Below, one piece after another: positions 37,561-51,479 of a DNA stretch of 64,000 nucleotides. The first letter of the stretch is position 1. Each line of letters opens with the position of its first letter. Under the pieces are notes generated by a model. It was given only the letters and a program-made list of their open reading frames with translations, made no database searches and was not told the origin of the DNA. The stretch is from Octopus vulgaris. Taxonomy: Eukaryota. The position numbers and the translations under genes are program-made. The stretch is from the NCBI GenBank assembly GCA_951406725.2, contig OX597818.1:7874001-7938000 (forward strand), read 5' to 3'.

Positions 37561-39828
37561 GAGTTCTCTGAATGAAAACATTGCTTGTAACGTAGCTTTT
37601 TAAGGCTAACAGATCTGTATTCGTCTGTTTTTTTTTTTTTTGATAGATTTATCTCCGGACATAGATACTTTGTGATGTTTTTAAACTTATGAAGTATTCA
37701 CTCTGTCGGTGTTAGTTCGAAAAATAAAAAAAAATTGTTTTATATTGTCTTTTTTGCTTCATTTGTGACACATGTTTCCATATGGATATATGTGTGCCCT
37801 GGAAATTTCACGTAGTTTTTTAAACATTGAGATGTATAAGTAGTCATATGCGTGTTAAAAGGTATATATGATTGTATAAGCATTCGAGTGTATGAGTAAT
37901 TAATCACATTATGTACTTACTGCTTTGTTCCATTTATATTTTATAATTTGAAAAGTTTCCGATGTTGATTTCACGTGTGTGTTTTGCACATGTTTCACCA
38001 AAACATCGTGCATAGGAGAAAGTGTGCTTTGTATGGCTATAAAATTTCGTTTGTGTGATTATTTTCGTTAAAAGGTCGCTTCTTTCAAATCTTCCACACA
38101 TTCCTTTATCCCATTACCATGGATATTATTAGATTAGATTATTATTAATATCATTATTACTATTATTATTCGCACTAGATGACAACACGTCTCTTCGCTC
38201 GTAAATGTATTGCTTTAAGTTTTCTTTCAAAAGTTGTAAATTGTGTATTTTGCTACAAAGTGCTTGCTAAATCCATCACAATTACATATAAGTGGATTGC
38301 TTGTTAGTGTCACCGTGGGCCTCAATTTCAAAAGGGAAATTCTCATTTCGTTTTGGAAAAGTATTTTTATAAATATTTATATATCGACTGCTCAGCTAGC
38401 AGACCTAGAAAAGGAAGTAAGAGGCAGTTTTCATTGTGAGTCACATCAAATGGAAGGGGAGTTGAGGAATCACAAAGTACAAAGTTCAGTAGATCTCACT
38501 ACCACTATGACAGCAAACGCAGGATAAATAAAATTCATAATTTTATTTATCTTCATGTGTTTTGAGGAATGAAATTTCAGTGGAGTCAGGATATTTTACA
38601 AGAATGTATATTTTCAGGTATTCATCAAATTTACAGCAGTTTCAGTTAAAATTTGCTGTTGTTCTGTCGAACTACCATTATTGTACGTAACGTCATGCCT
38701 ACGTCCACTGAATCCTTTACGCAAATGTTTCTGCTGAGCAATCCGACAGAAATGAAGTTCTATTGTTTGTATTCTATTGTGAACACTAGATGGAAATCCT
38801 TGCAGTTTCCAACTTCTGTAAAAGTTGTAATATTTCTGTTATACATTGTTTGCATAACTTCTCTTGTAATACAATGAAGAGTGCCGCGGCTGTGTTCTAA
38901 CACTAGCATGGACTTTTATTTTGATTGGAGGTACTGGTTAATATTTCTCTTATATTCTTCTTGCGGAAATATTTATTTTAAATGAGGATAGTTTTCTGAA
39001 ATGCATTGGAAACTTTCAAGTAATACTTTTGAAATGCTAGCAAAATTTCGGTGCTAATTTATCACTAAAGGAATTCGGTCATAAATTGTACTTTGACTGC
39101 TAAAATTAGATGAGAAGGTTTGATTTTTCTTGCTAATTTTAGCTATGTCATGTACGATTTCATATAATCGTGATTCACTATAAACGCATTTGACATAATG
39201 GCGCATTCGCATGTTTCCAACAATTTCATATGTCAAAAGAAATCTGTTTTTTACTACAAAATTAGGACATTGGTTTTGACTTAATTGTACAACGTGGTCG
39301 ATTGGAGTGGTAGTGAAGATAACTACGAGATAATGTGGGTTTGTGAAATAAATCTTTTTATTCGGACTTCTGAAAACTTAACTTTCGTGTTCCAAATTTC
39401 GATGTTAATTTTGACAAAGTCAAGGAAAAATTTAGTTTGGATTTAAGTCATAATCTTTACGAAGCTCTCACAGAAATGCAAAAACTTAACTAAATCATCC
39501 TACTTTCCTTAGAAGACATCTTTAGTTTTAGTAAGCTTTCGTATATTTGGTTTAGATTCTTTGTAGATTTTCTGATTTCTCTTCCTACTACCGGGTCATG
39601 CTGCAGCACATTTACTATCAACTTCTGGTAAGCTTATCTCACAAAATTTAATATATCGAACTACCGTCGTAATTAATTGAGATTTCAAATTTTGGCGCAC
39701 GACCACCAATTTGTGGCGGAAATTGACCGGAGTGTTGGAATGATATTTGCTTTAACGACCCTGAAGGATGAGAAACAAAGTCCACTTTGGCGGAAATTGA
39801 AGTGGGGATTTAAGTGGCAAACGAAATA

Positions 39829-39960
39829 TCTTCTTCTTCTTCTTCTTCTTCTTCTTCTTCTTCTTCTTCTTCTTCTTCTTCTTCTTCTTCTTCTTCTTCT
39901 TCTTCTCCTCCTCTTCTTCTCCTCCTCCTCCTCCTCCTCCTCCACCTTCTTCTTCTTCTC

Positions 39961-39998
<38 letters not shown>
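39829..39998. repeat. (TTC)n-(CTC)n-(TTA)n compound microsatellite
   Basis: Direct reading. Confidence 0.95.
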
Positions 39999-40248
39999 GG
40001 CCATAAGCCCGTGATGTCATACAAGCTGGAGCTCTGAAAATTCTAAGTGTTTAAACAAGAATTTCGGCTGGTTGCAGCATTCAAAATCTTATTTAAGAAG
40101 TATTTTGCCTACATTGTCTGGATTGTGGTGGAAGCATTTTGTGTAATTGCATCCCTTTTTCGAGGGGCAATAGTTGTTTTACATTTTTGCATTCTTTCTA
40201 AAAACAGGATATTATTTATTTTCCATTTTAAAAAATTACGGATTACGA

Positions 40249-40288
<40 letters not shown>

Positions 40289-40312
40289 TTAATAATAATA
40301 ATAATAATATAT

Positions 40313-40594
40313 GCAGTGGCTCTCATGGCTTCTGATCTTAACTCATTGGAAGTGTTATCATGTACATTGTCTTGTCTTGGTATAAAACATGGGCTACAGC
40401 AAATATTCTGCTCAATACCACAGATTTGCTGGTCAGTTGTTCGACCATAACCAGTTGAGCATATCTCTTAGTGGCTGACGATATGTGCATCTCTGATCAC
40501 GATCAGAAGTAGTGGGGGAGCATCATAGCCATGTATTGAGAGGGATTCTTTGGCGTTTGAATAATATACCTTTGGAATCATGGGTGTTTCGTTC
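40313..40594 (-). mobile_element. (TAA)n-embedded non-autonomous repeat, copy B (truncated)
   Basis: Matches 2967-3250. (TAA)n on both sides. Confidence 0.8.
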
Positions 40595-40644
<50 letters not shown>

Positions 40645-40844
40645 CATCGACCAAGAGCAAGCCTTCTGTTTATTCAGATGTAACTTCCGAAAATAAATGC
40701 AGATGAAGGTGAAATATTATTTCGCGCCAAAGAGATATATATTTTCCTCTTGTTGCTACGACGACAGTAATAAATACAAAAGTACCAGCAGCAACGATAA
40801 TGACAACGACGACGACTACATCAGTAGCAACAATGGGAAAAGCA

Positions 40845-41189
40845 GCACCACTACCACCACCACCACCACCACCACCACCACCACCACCACCACCACACTA
40901 CCACCACCACCACCACCACCACCACCACCACCACCACCACCACACCACCACCACCACCACCACCACCACCACCACCACCACCACCACCACAAGTATTATA
41001 ACACCATCACCACAAACAGCAGAAACAACAAGAATGATATCACAGTTGATATCAACAACATCAGCAACAAGATTAAAGGGATCGAAAATTAGAAAAGTAA
41101 CAAGAACAAGATTGAAAACAACAATAGTGATATCTGTGCGGAAAAACAACGAAGACGGCAACGACACCACCTTCAACACTAACAACGTC

Positions 41190-41238
<49 letters not shown>

Positions 41239-41258
41239 GCAGCAGCAGCAGCAGCAAT
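40845..41258. repeat. (ACC)n and (AAC)n/(AGC)n microsatellites
   Basis: Direct reading. Confidence 0.9.
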
Positions 41259-41269
41259 AATGACACAAT

Positions 41270-43372
41270 GCACCTCAAGAAAGCTAATTCCCTTCTAAAG
41301 TCGTTAGCAACTGGACTAACTTTTTTCAATGGATGACTTAAAATATAAAACACTGCAATACAAGAGGAACAATATGAAACCAGTTGTTATGTTCCTTACT
41401 GAGAGCAGAAAAAACCCCACGATGGATGAACAATTGTTTGTCAATGGGTTTCTCGCCAGGAGAGGAAACTTAAATTACCTACTCGGGCAGAGACCAAAAT
41501 CTGCGTCGAAAATGTATGGCTTTCAGGACTACACATACAGAAAGGTAAAGAATATGGGATGTTAATGCTGCTATATTCAGCTGTGAACAAGAAGCTAGCA
41601 GAATGGCAACCATAATTTCCACGCCCCATGCTTTTGTAATGATACTCCATTACATGGGTAAAATGTTGACTCGAATTCTAGTCAATAACATGCCGGGTCA
41701 TTGTGATCTGGCGAGGTATTAACCATTCTGGAGGAGCATGGAGAGATTGTGGAGGTGAATTCCACCCCATAACTCAACGGGACTGGAATTCGTATGGAAG
41801 ACCGGCCCAAATTAAAAGGACCTAAGGTATGACGGTAAACAAGAAAATCCGTCAAAACTCCAATTTAAGAACAGATCAACACCAACATCAACATCATCAC
41901 ATGGCAACTAATTATTAGAAACACATTCACAACTACACAAAAAAGCAAAAGAAAAACACAAACAATAAGTGGCCAGCAATCACATTCTCGGGGACGTAAT
42001 TCCTTCATCAACTTCATTGTTCAGAAGAGCAAAATCGAATTGACTGAAGAATTTATTAATAATAAAAGCATTACAAGTGGAGAAAATTTTGCGGAACTCC
42101 TCCCCAAAACTGCACTGAGCAGGATAATAATCCAAACAGTTACGGATACGCATCTTGATTTGGAAAAAAAATTCTCTCAGGACATTGCAGGGTTCAGTAA
42201 ATACACAAAAAACAAACTTCCTAGAAAAACTATTCGTCACTACCCACTCGGCCAAAAAGAAGACTGTGTCAAAAGTCAAGCCTGGAGACAAAGGTACGTA
42301 ATTCTATTTCCTTTCATCTAAGTTAAATAGCTAAACTCAGAATAGCTGTGTAAATGTTCAGAGCTTGGGTTAAGCTTAGGAGAATCACCTGCTCAACGAT
42401 CTCTGGTCTGGAAATTTAGATGTGACAGCAATTAGTGAGGCGAGAAATGCCGGGAAATATACTCTTGCAACCATTTTCGAATATTACAAGGTATTCTCAT
42501 CTTGTGATCTGTCGGGAGCAGGCGGCAGTGTAGGACTGTTATTCCGAAAATACTTAGAAGGTACACTAGAAGAACTAATTTGTTCCGGAGGACTTTTCGG
42601 TCGGGAAATGTTTTGGATAATTTCCAGATATCTTTGGCTTGGCAGTGCTACCGGGGAGCTCAACCTGTTCGAGATAAATTTTACAGGCACGGATATGCTG
42701 TCATACGGGCTTGTCCGAGGTGCACGCAGAGCAGAGAAACCGTACTGCATGCTCCCGTACAGTATCCAGTAATTGCTGACTTGTGGAGTTATGTTGCACT
42801 GCTGCTGTCGCGCGTGGGACGAATACGTCTGTCGTCCGAGGTCCATGGTGATCATTACCCAGCAGCCCTCATTTAATCGGGCCGGCAAGTCAGTTTTCCT
42901 TTGCCTGGCTGGTGAGGCGAAAGAGGTTGTCGGGTGGACGAGGCTGAATGTAATGCAGATAGAGACATTCCTCTTTGGTAAAGCCCTCATCAACTTTTTA
43001 AAGTTTCAATTGAAAAGTAAAGCGAGGGCGGAAACGGAGTACTCGAGTGAATTTATCAATAGGTGGTGAAAGTTGTGAAAGTGGATGATGCCAAACTCAG
43101 TGTAGTCCTTTGAGTCGGAGGAAAAGAGTTGGAAATGGTATATATCTGTGGTATTCAGGGTGATCTTGGATGGTGGGGTTCCTCGATCATCCCTAGTGGT
43201 CCTCTTGTATCAGGAGTACCCCCATCGTCAAAACTTTTCTGTATACTTCACTTCTTTTTATGTATACTAAGTATACTACTTTTTTTACCATTCCATTATA
43301 TATACACACCCGCAGATTGTCTGTGTTTGTATTGTCCCCCTCATTCTTCACCCTGGTGGCGGATAAAAGAAA
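41270..43372 (+). mobile_element. L1/Tx1-like LINE with large internal ORF2 deletion
   Basis: APE-like start (LDVTAISEARN...GGSVGLLFRK) at about 42415-42550 joined to the C-terminal zinc-finger region (CPRC...ETVLHA). 3' UTR homologous to 3573-3870, with (ATC/ATT)n tail. The 5' boundary and ORF1 are uncertain. Confidence 0.65.
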
Positions 43373-43390
43373 TCATCATCATCATCATCA

Positions 43391-43476
<86 letters not shown>

Positions 43477-43479
43477 ATA

Positions 43480-43685
43480 CCAGCGAGCTTCTTCAGTCTT
43501 TAGCACGCCATTCAAAAAGATTAGCGACATTTCGTCTGTCTTTACATTGAGTTCAATTTCTAGAGGTTTCGACTTCGCCTTTCATCTTTTCAGCGAAGAC
43601 GAAATAAGTTCCAGTTCAACGCTTGGGACGATTTGATCGACTTAACATTTTCTTCGAACTTAGTGGCTTTCTGCCAAATTTTGCA
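43480..43685 (+). mobile_element. SINE family A, diverged
   Basis: GCGAGC...TAGCACGCC...GAGTTCAATTTC...CGACTTCGCCTTTCATCTTT. Confidence 0.7.
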
Positions 43686-43704
43686 TTAATAATAATAATA
43701 GTGA

Positions 43705-44250
43705 CCTGATGCAGCACCTGGCAGTACTCTCATGGTTTCTCATCTTAACTGATTGGAAGTGTTATCACGTACGTTGTTTTGTCTTGGTATAACATATGTT
43801 TTACAGTAAATATTCTGCTCAATACCACAGATTTGCTTGTCATTTGTTTGACCCTAATCAGTTGAGCATGTGATTTAATGGCTGACAAAATGTGCAACTC
43901 TGATCGCGAGTAGAGGTAGTGGGGAACCATAATAGCCATGTCTTGAGAAGAATTCTTTGGGGGTTTGAATAATTCACCTTTGGAAACATGAATGTTTCGT
44001 TCAACATCCTTAAACAACCCTTATTCAAGGACATTTTGATCAGGACCGGCTATTCGAAATGACGAAAACTCTAACTGGGCCCAACTTGCAAGGTCATGCC
44101 TTGCTTATCTTGATATGAAATCACTATATCACGCACATATGGTCTTGGTGCATGTGCCTGGTGTACCCTTATCAGACGAGTAGTCAGGATGAGTATACTG
44201 GGCTTCGTATATTCGTACTGCAGTGTCACTTTGATGGCATACACTGATAA
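43705..44250 (-). mobile_element. (TAA)n-associated non-autonomous repeat, copy C
   Basis: Collinear with copy A along its whole length. Short (AAT)n at the left end. Confidence 0.8.
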
Positions 44251-44269
44251 TAGCATTTGGGATTCTGAA

Positions 44270-44640
44270 TTGATCAAAAGAAAACAAAAGCTCGGAAAAT
44301 TGAACATCAGACGTGGAATATTCCAAGGTGATAGCATATCTACATTACTATTGACCATGACATCTCACTATGATACTACGAAAAGTTAAAATTGCTTACG
44401 ATTTAGGAAACGGAAATGGTAAGAAAACTCACCTCCTTTTCATGAATGATATAAAGATTTATGCAAAAAATGAGAAACAGCTTGAAGTCTTGTACATACT
44501 ATCCTCCTTTTCTCAATTGGCGTAGGTATGGTATTTGGGATAGAAAAGAGCGCTATACAGAAAGATTTGAAAGAAGCCAAGGAAATGTAATGCCAAATGG
44601 GCAAACAATGAGAGCGATTAAGAAAGAATAGTCGTACAAA
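44270..44640 (+). mobile_element. R4/Dong-clade RT fragment
   Basis: LGKLNIRRGIFQGDSISTLLL; HLLFMNDIKIYAKNEKQLE; GMVFGIEK. Confidence 0.8.
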
Positions 44641-46009
44641 ACGGGAAAGGGTTATTTGTATTTACTAGTGCATGCTACGTATTCGAAAGCGTAATGTATT
44701 GAAACAATGTAGCCCTAGTCTCACTTCCGCAGCCCTTTTATTAGCCTTTTATTATTGTTTGTCAAAAGCTTATCAAATCGGGAATGTAGAGATGACCATA
44801 ACCGTCTAGAGTTTTTGGGGTGTCTTGAAGACACCTTCGAAAACTTGAGATGGGAGGGCATTCCTAGATTTATACGCCGATGTTGTTGTACAGTGAAAAT
44901 CAATGTGTATGCTAGTGCAAGCTATCAAGCTTTTATACATATGGATATAAAAGTCTCTTGAGAAACATGCTACCTCAAGAAAATGTGAAGTTAGTGGAAG
45001 TTAGTGGAAAAAGTGAGCGGCTGAGAGCGGGAAATCCAGTAATATTTCTGTCCTTCGCATCTCGGGGAAGATTATCCTTTGTGGAGCAAAAAATAACATA
45101 CACAAACCGAAGACAACAGCAGACAAATCGCATGGTCTTGTGTAATTTGGCACCAGATGGGAAGAGGACAGGCTTCGCAAAAATTTCGGCGAGAGTATAC
45201 ATAAATCTTATATGTGATAAATGAATAATAATGTCGGAAAACTGAAGTTGGGTGGGCATCCAATCAGGATTTCATATGAAATTCACGCTCGAAAGTGATA
45301 ATGAAGATGATACTATGATTGAGAAAGAGAAATACACTGCTTTTTAAAGAAATGTTTAGTAATTAAAATGATTGTGAATTTTAGTTCAATGATATTAATG
45401 ACGTTGAAACCCAGATTTTCAGAGAGGGCTAGATGTTATTAATTCTGCTGCCAATGTGGTTCCTTTGAGTGCAAAATAATCTTTATAAGGACTTACACAA
45501 ATGCTTCCAGAAATCTACCAAGGGATGCCTCGAGCATGTTTTGAAGAGAAGACTAACTTGTTCTGTATTATATTCACTATATTTATTTATTATGCATTTG
45601 AATTTTAGCGCTCAATTTTAAACGGTATTTCCCTCACGAACGAATGGGAGGCAGTGTAATTGTAACCCAGTGTAATTGTGCAAACCTCTAAGGAAAAACA
45701 AAATCATAGAGATCGAATTTCGAAATCACGTGAAAAGGTTTTATCAAACTACTTGTTGCTTGCAGTACCGAATATTTCATGAGGTTAGTACTTTTGTGTG
45801 GCTGTTCGAGTTAGATTTTGTCTCTCGTTTCTAGCAATTGTAGGTGCTCTTTTGCACCCTCATTTATAATTTTTACCATTTTGGTTTTAATTGCTATAGC
45901 CATCTATATTATAACTGTTTGAAAAATATCTTAATATATAAACATACTATTATAATATTTTATTGTATGTTACTATTATATATATAGCTTATATAACTTA
46001 GATAAATTA

Positions 46010-47490
46010 GATCACCCAGGCCATGTCTAACTTAATTACACCACCTGATAAGGTTTACCAAAACCTTTTAAAATTAAAAATCGTGGTATCATGGCCTATT
46101 CAAGTAGGGAGTTCTTGTTAAGTGAGTGGTATCCAAGTATAGGTGGCTTATCTAGTATCACTTGAAGACAATAATCCAGATTCCGTTTAAAGTTGATGGA
46201 TCTTTTTCCTCTTTGATTTATTTTGAGACAATGTTAAATAGGGCAGTGTGTTGCAGTGCATTTATGTGTTGTGATCCCGAATTGGATAGAGAACGTATGG
46301 CACGTGGTCATAGCCCTGGGTGAATTCAAAAAATAATGTTGAGGTCGTTTGGACAATATTGGTGGTATATTATCTACATAGTGCAAGTGATGTATCGCTC
46401 ACAGCGGCGCTGGAGAGAATAGAGTTTCAAAGCTTTAAGGCGGTCTCAATAATCGAGATCAGTCATGCACTTAATTCTTTTAGTGAATGCCTTCTGGGGT
46501 GATTCAATTCTTGAAATTTTTTGTTTTGTGAGGGGGAGATCACAGGGGTCAGTAGTATTCAAGGTATGGCAGTACAAAAAATGAGAAAAGAGGAATGCTG
46601 ACACCTTGCTCTCTGAACCGGAAAGTTCTTAGGATCCAAGACTTCATCTTACAAGCTACAACGACTTTAATGTTGGTGTTGGCACTCCAGCTGAGATTGT
46701 GTCAACAATTTCTCCTAGGTCTCTGATATTATTAGATACTGTACGTGGTTCTCCTGAAGGAAGAGAATATAGTTGTTTTATCATAGACTTTCTTCCAAAA
46801 TACATCAGTACAAATTTTACCTAGTTTAGTTTCACTTTCTTTTTGTCTAACCATTGACATGCCGATCAAACTAGAGTTCAGTGTGGTCTTCTTCCCCTTT
46901 GATAATTTCCTGGAGTTGAAATGTCGTTTATGTAGACTACAAATACAAGCGGGCCCAAGCAGTTGCCGGACTTGAGAGAATTCCATCAATCATAAAATGT
47001 TATTTTCTCTTCTCCAAGAAATACTCAACCCAGTGTAGTAGTTTCCCACGGATAACACTATTTGACAATTTTGACAGTAGGATGTTGTGGTCGAACCTGA
47101 AATCAAGATATATGACAGATATCGAACCTGATCCTTAGGATTTAAGGACACCATCGATGTGATGTAAGGGCTGTGTTAGACAATCCCTGCCGCAGCGAAA
47201 GCCATGCTGTTTAAATTTAGGAAATTGTGACTCTCCAGGAAGACAGTTTTCTTTGATCTCACCATCATTTCAAACACTTTGCTGATATGAGAGGTGAGTG
47301 AGATTAGGCGATAGCTGACTGCGAGGGAGCTGTTTCTATGCCTGAAGACCGGAATGGTAGACAGGGATAAGAGCTGTTTCGTTATATATCTTGAGTCTAA
47401 ATACTTTCTTCAGAGGCTGGTTAGAGGAACTGAAAGTTGGGGTCTACATTCCTTCAGGACACTAGTAGGGGATCTATCAGGGCCTACTTC
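46010..47490 (-). mobile_element. CR1-clade LINE RT and 3' region, degenerate
   Basis: Minus-strand frames give GPDRSPTSVLKEC, SYRLISLTSHISKVFE, QHGFRCGRDCLTQ, VIYLDF, RDLG and LKLYSLQRRCERY. Confidence 0.88.
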
Positions 47491-47799
47491 ATATATATAT
47501 ATATATACTTCAAAGTCTTTAGGCGAGAACAGAGAGTAATATGAAATTAAATTAAACGACGACGGAACAGGAATTGCGAAATCAACTTCATGGGCATATA
47601 GCTGTTCTGGTATAAGTTATAGCTCACTCACAACTGAATGCATGTCCAACGCTTTATAGCAGAAACTGCTGCAAGCAATTGAATTTGATTACGTAATTTA
47701 TGTTCCCTACTCATTATTTAATTATTTAATTTTATACATACACATAAGCATATACATACTTATATACATAAGTATATAAGGTATATACACATATACTTT

Positions 47800-48200
47800 A
47801 TTCGCTTTATTTGTTTCAGTCATATGACTGCTGCTTTGCAGAGTCACAGCCGTGAAGTGCATGTAGGACAAATCAATCCGTGCAATTATTAATTGCCTGT
47901 TTGATAGAACCGTTAAAAGTATGAAAATAAAAACAAAGCCAATTGTCAAGTTGTGTGGGGAAAAGACATCCACGCATGCACACGCATGCCCAAGAAACAC
48001 ATACACATACAAACACCAACGTATACTCAATATATATGAATATACACGCAGGGAATTCCATACTGTTTCCGTCTACCAAATCCACTTACAAAACATTAGT
48101 TGGTCCGAGGTTGTTGTAGAAGACACTTACCCAAGATTCCGTTCAATAGGACTGAACCCCAAGCAGCATCGTTGAGAAGCGAACGTCTTAAGCACACAGC
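47800..48200 (-). mobile_element. SINE family B, old diverged copy
   Basis: TTGTTTCAGTCAT...GTTTCCGTCTACCAAATCCACT...AGAAGACACTTACCCAAG...GGACTGAACCC. Confidence 0.75.
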
Positions 48201-49051
48201 CTGGTTTGCACAGGATTTTTGACTGCCCAGCATCACTTGTATTAGTTGATTTCCGTCGTGGTAGAAGACACATTCTCGCCTTCACGTTCTGTGTGATCGA
48301 ACGGGGAACCACGTGATTGATTGCAAAATGAACTTCTAACTAGATCAGACAATGCCTATAACACAATGAATATTCATGTGAAAACACCGAAATACTAAAA
48401 ATGGCATCGATTTCATATGTTGATTTAACACAGCCATTGAAAACGAAAAACGTTCAGATCTTTTGAAGATGGCAAATAGGAAATTAATTTGCTATATTAG
48501 CAGGGGGTATTGAAATGGTTAATGGTGATAATAGTATCATGTAAGAGTGATATTCTGCAGCTGGATACGCAATGTTCAAAAGATTTTCTAGTGCTACAGA
48601 GGTTCAAGTAAGACAATAACTGAATGTATCACACGCCTTTCTTTAATATTGTTGTATGTTTATTTATTTATTTTTCTTCGAAAAGTAATTAACTGGTGTC
48701 ATGCAATATTCTCCACAATATATTTGTATGAACACAAAATATTTTCTCACGACTAAAATGATACGTGTGAGTGCTATTAAGTTACAACATTAGAGTTAAT
48801 CAGAGGAAAACAATTTTTACTGGCATCGGCTTCAACTGAATTCTATAAAACTACGATGTTTTCAATCCTTTGGCTTTGAATAATAGTATAAATTCAAATG
48901 TTTGTGTATGTGTATTTCTGTGTATGTATATATATATATATATATATACGTATTTATATATATGTATCTATATATAACTATACACATATATAATCACACA
49001 CATTTATATATATTATATACATATACATATGTACATCTATATATTATATCA

Positions 49052-49093
<42 letters not shown>

Positions 49094-49133
49094 ATATATG
49101 TATGTATATACATATATATATGCACACACATAC

Positions 49134-49172
<39 letters not shown>

Positions 49173-49565
49173 GCATATACATATATACATACATATATTA
49201 TATCAGTATATGTATGTATACATATGTATGCATATATAACACGTACCCACTTATGTGTGCGTGTGTATGTGTATAAATCATGCATAAGTTTTATGTGTGT
49301 TTGTCTGCGTGCGTCATTTGTAATATCTGCAATCACTGATGGAACAATATATTCTATATTCGTAATATTATAAACAACAAACCACACCCACTTCCCACGA
49401 GTTATGTATGAAATGCATACACAATTCATACACTGGTTCTGTATCTGGGAGTCCGGTAGTGCAATATACATATACATATCGAAAATCTTAACGAAAAGCT
49501 GCTAAATAGCATAGAACTTACCAAAACACCAGCAACTCTGATCATTTACGAGCACTAATCTAGGT

Positions 49566-49672
49566 AATACAGTTCTATATTTAAAAGATGAGGAATCGGC
49601 GTATGGCGTAGTGGTTAACAGAGCTGGCTACTAACCCCAAGATTCCGAGTTCGATTCCAGGCAGTGAAGTGG

Positions 49673-49721
<49 letters not shown>

Positions 49722-49908
49722 TAATATTAAGAATAAGAATAAGAAGAATAATAATAAGAAGAACATTGAAATATACCTGAGGAATGAGAACCCAGGTTCG
49801 AAATTTCCCCAAGACATCTGATGAAGGCTGGAGGGTATATCAGCCGCAACGTTGTGTTAACAACAAACAAGATGAGGACAAATATCCGTCAAATGTAAAT
49901 AATTTAAA
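49566..49908 (+). mobile_element. TSD-bounded element with tRNA-like Pol III head, internal (AAT)n and hammerhead-like motif
   Basis: A box TGGCGTAGTGG at 49604-14, B box GAGTTCGATTC at 49647-57, CTGATGA-A-GGCTG-loop-CAGCC-GCAAC-GTT at 49818-53. Flanking direct repeat TAATCTAGGT at 49556-65 and 49909-18. Confidence 0.75.
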
Positions 49909-51358
49909 TAATCTAGGTTCTGCTATGAAATTAATTCACCTAATATGAATAGTTGCATAATGATTCCACCTATATATATATATGTGTATGTAAGTATGTA
50001 TGTATGTATGTATGTATACACATACATACATGCGGGCCTTTTATTACCCCGACAACTGCTAAAATGGCTCCAACCATAGTTACATCTTTCTTACACACGT
50101 AGGCATAACTGAGTCGATAAATGCACATACCAAACTTTAACTGACAGCAACTTATAGAACTTGCAGATAACATATATACGGTCATATATTTGATCGCTAT
50201 ATTTTCTTTTTAATTAAATAAGCCGAAAGGTATTATCGAAGTTCAAAATTCTCTTTATATTACTTCTATGAGCAATGCCATCATGATCAGTAGAGGATCA
50301 CAGAAAGCTCTATGATTCACACATATGGACATCATAGACTGTGTATAGAGAGAAGTCACTGGATTGAACAGCTATGTCCTCTCACACACATTAAACACTA
50401 GACCGTAGGCGTGCTGTTTCAACTCACTGAATTTTCTACGTTTTGGTCTCTGGTCTCTACGGCTTCTTGGGCTCATGTCACAGTCACTCAGGCAATCTCG
50501 CTCCAGCCATGTTTAATTTCTAGGGCTCTACAGTAACAAAACGCCCAGGTATCAGAATTTCTTCTCTGATGATGTCTTTCTTGCCGGTGTCGACTTGCAA
50601 CGTTTTAAACGTACAATTAATGGTGTCAAACTCAGCAGTCTCTGTCCCTTCTTCAACCGCACCAAACCTAAAGAAAAATTCTCAGCAAGAAAATAAGCTA
50701 CTTTGATGTATGAATGTATTATGGAAAATTTTTGAAATACTTACATACAAACATGCTTACAAACATGTATACATAATACATACATACATACATACATACA
50801 TACATACATACATACATACATACATACATACATACATTTATACTTACATGCATACTTACAAATATGTATCTATGTGTGAAGAGGATGATTCACTGCTTTC
50901 GATTTGTTTAACAGTGTATATCGAAACTCAGTGCATTCTTAGTATAGACGACAGAGTCATATGCTGTACGGAGAAAAATATCCGTTTTCTCCTCTATGTA
51001 CTGATTTTACCTTTCCACATCGACTTACCGATTTATACCCGCACACTCACTATCCCTCTTGTTATCCCTCACCCTTCTTCCCTCTCACATACCATACACT
51101 ATGTCGGAGGAGAGATTCCTTATTTCGTTGTGTTTTCGATTATTAATGTGAAATGCGTAATTCTTCTTGGACACTTCACTGTATCGAAAACGACAAATTA
51201 TACCAAGTGTGTGTTTATCGATATACATTCAACTATCTATCTATCTATCTATCTATTTATCTGTTCGTCTGTCTGTCTGTCTGCCTGCCTGTGTGTATGT
51301 AAGTGTATATATATATATATACATATACACATACATATATATAAATCTATCTATCTAC

Positions 51359-51422
<64 letters not shown>

Positions 51423-51479
51423 ATATATATATATATTCGGATGTGCGCTTGCGTATGTTTGCATACATACCCACACACT

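Noticed and set aside
38170-39300. Second Helitron 3' end (CTAG at 38175) and possible Pif1 remnants
   Set aside because: Hairpin is degenerate, no 5' end found and the helicase motifs are not convincing.
44958-45260. Possible decayed THAP domain or host exon
   Set aside because: Needs several frameshifts, and the key C/H residues are not recoverable.
49598-49668. Functional tRNA gene
   Set aside because: Acceptor and anticodon stems do not pair properly; treated as a SINE-type head.
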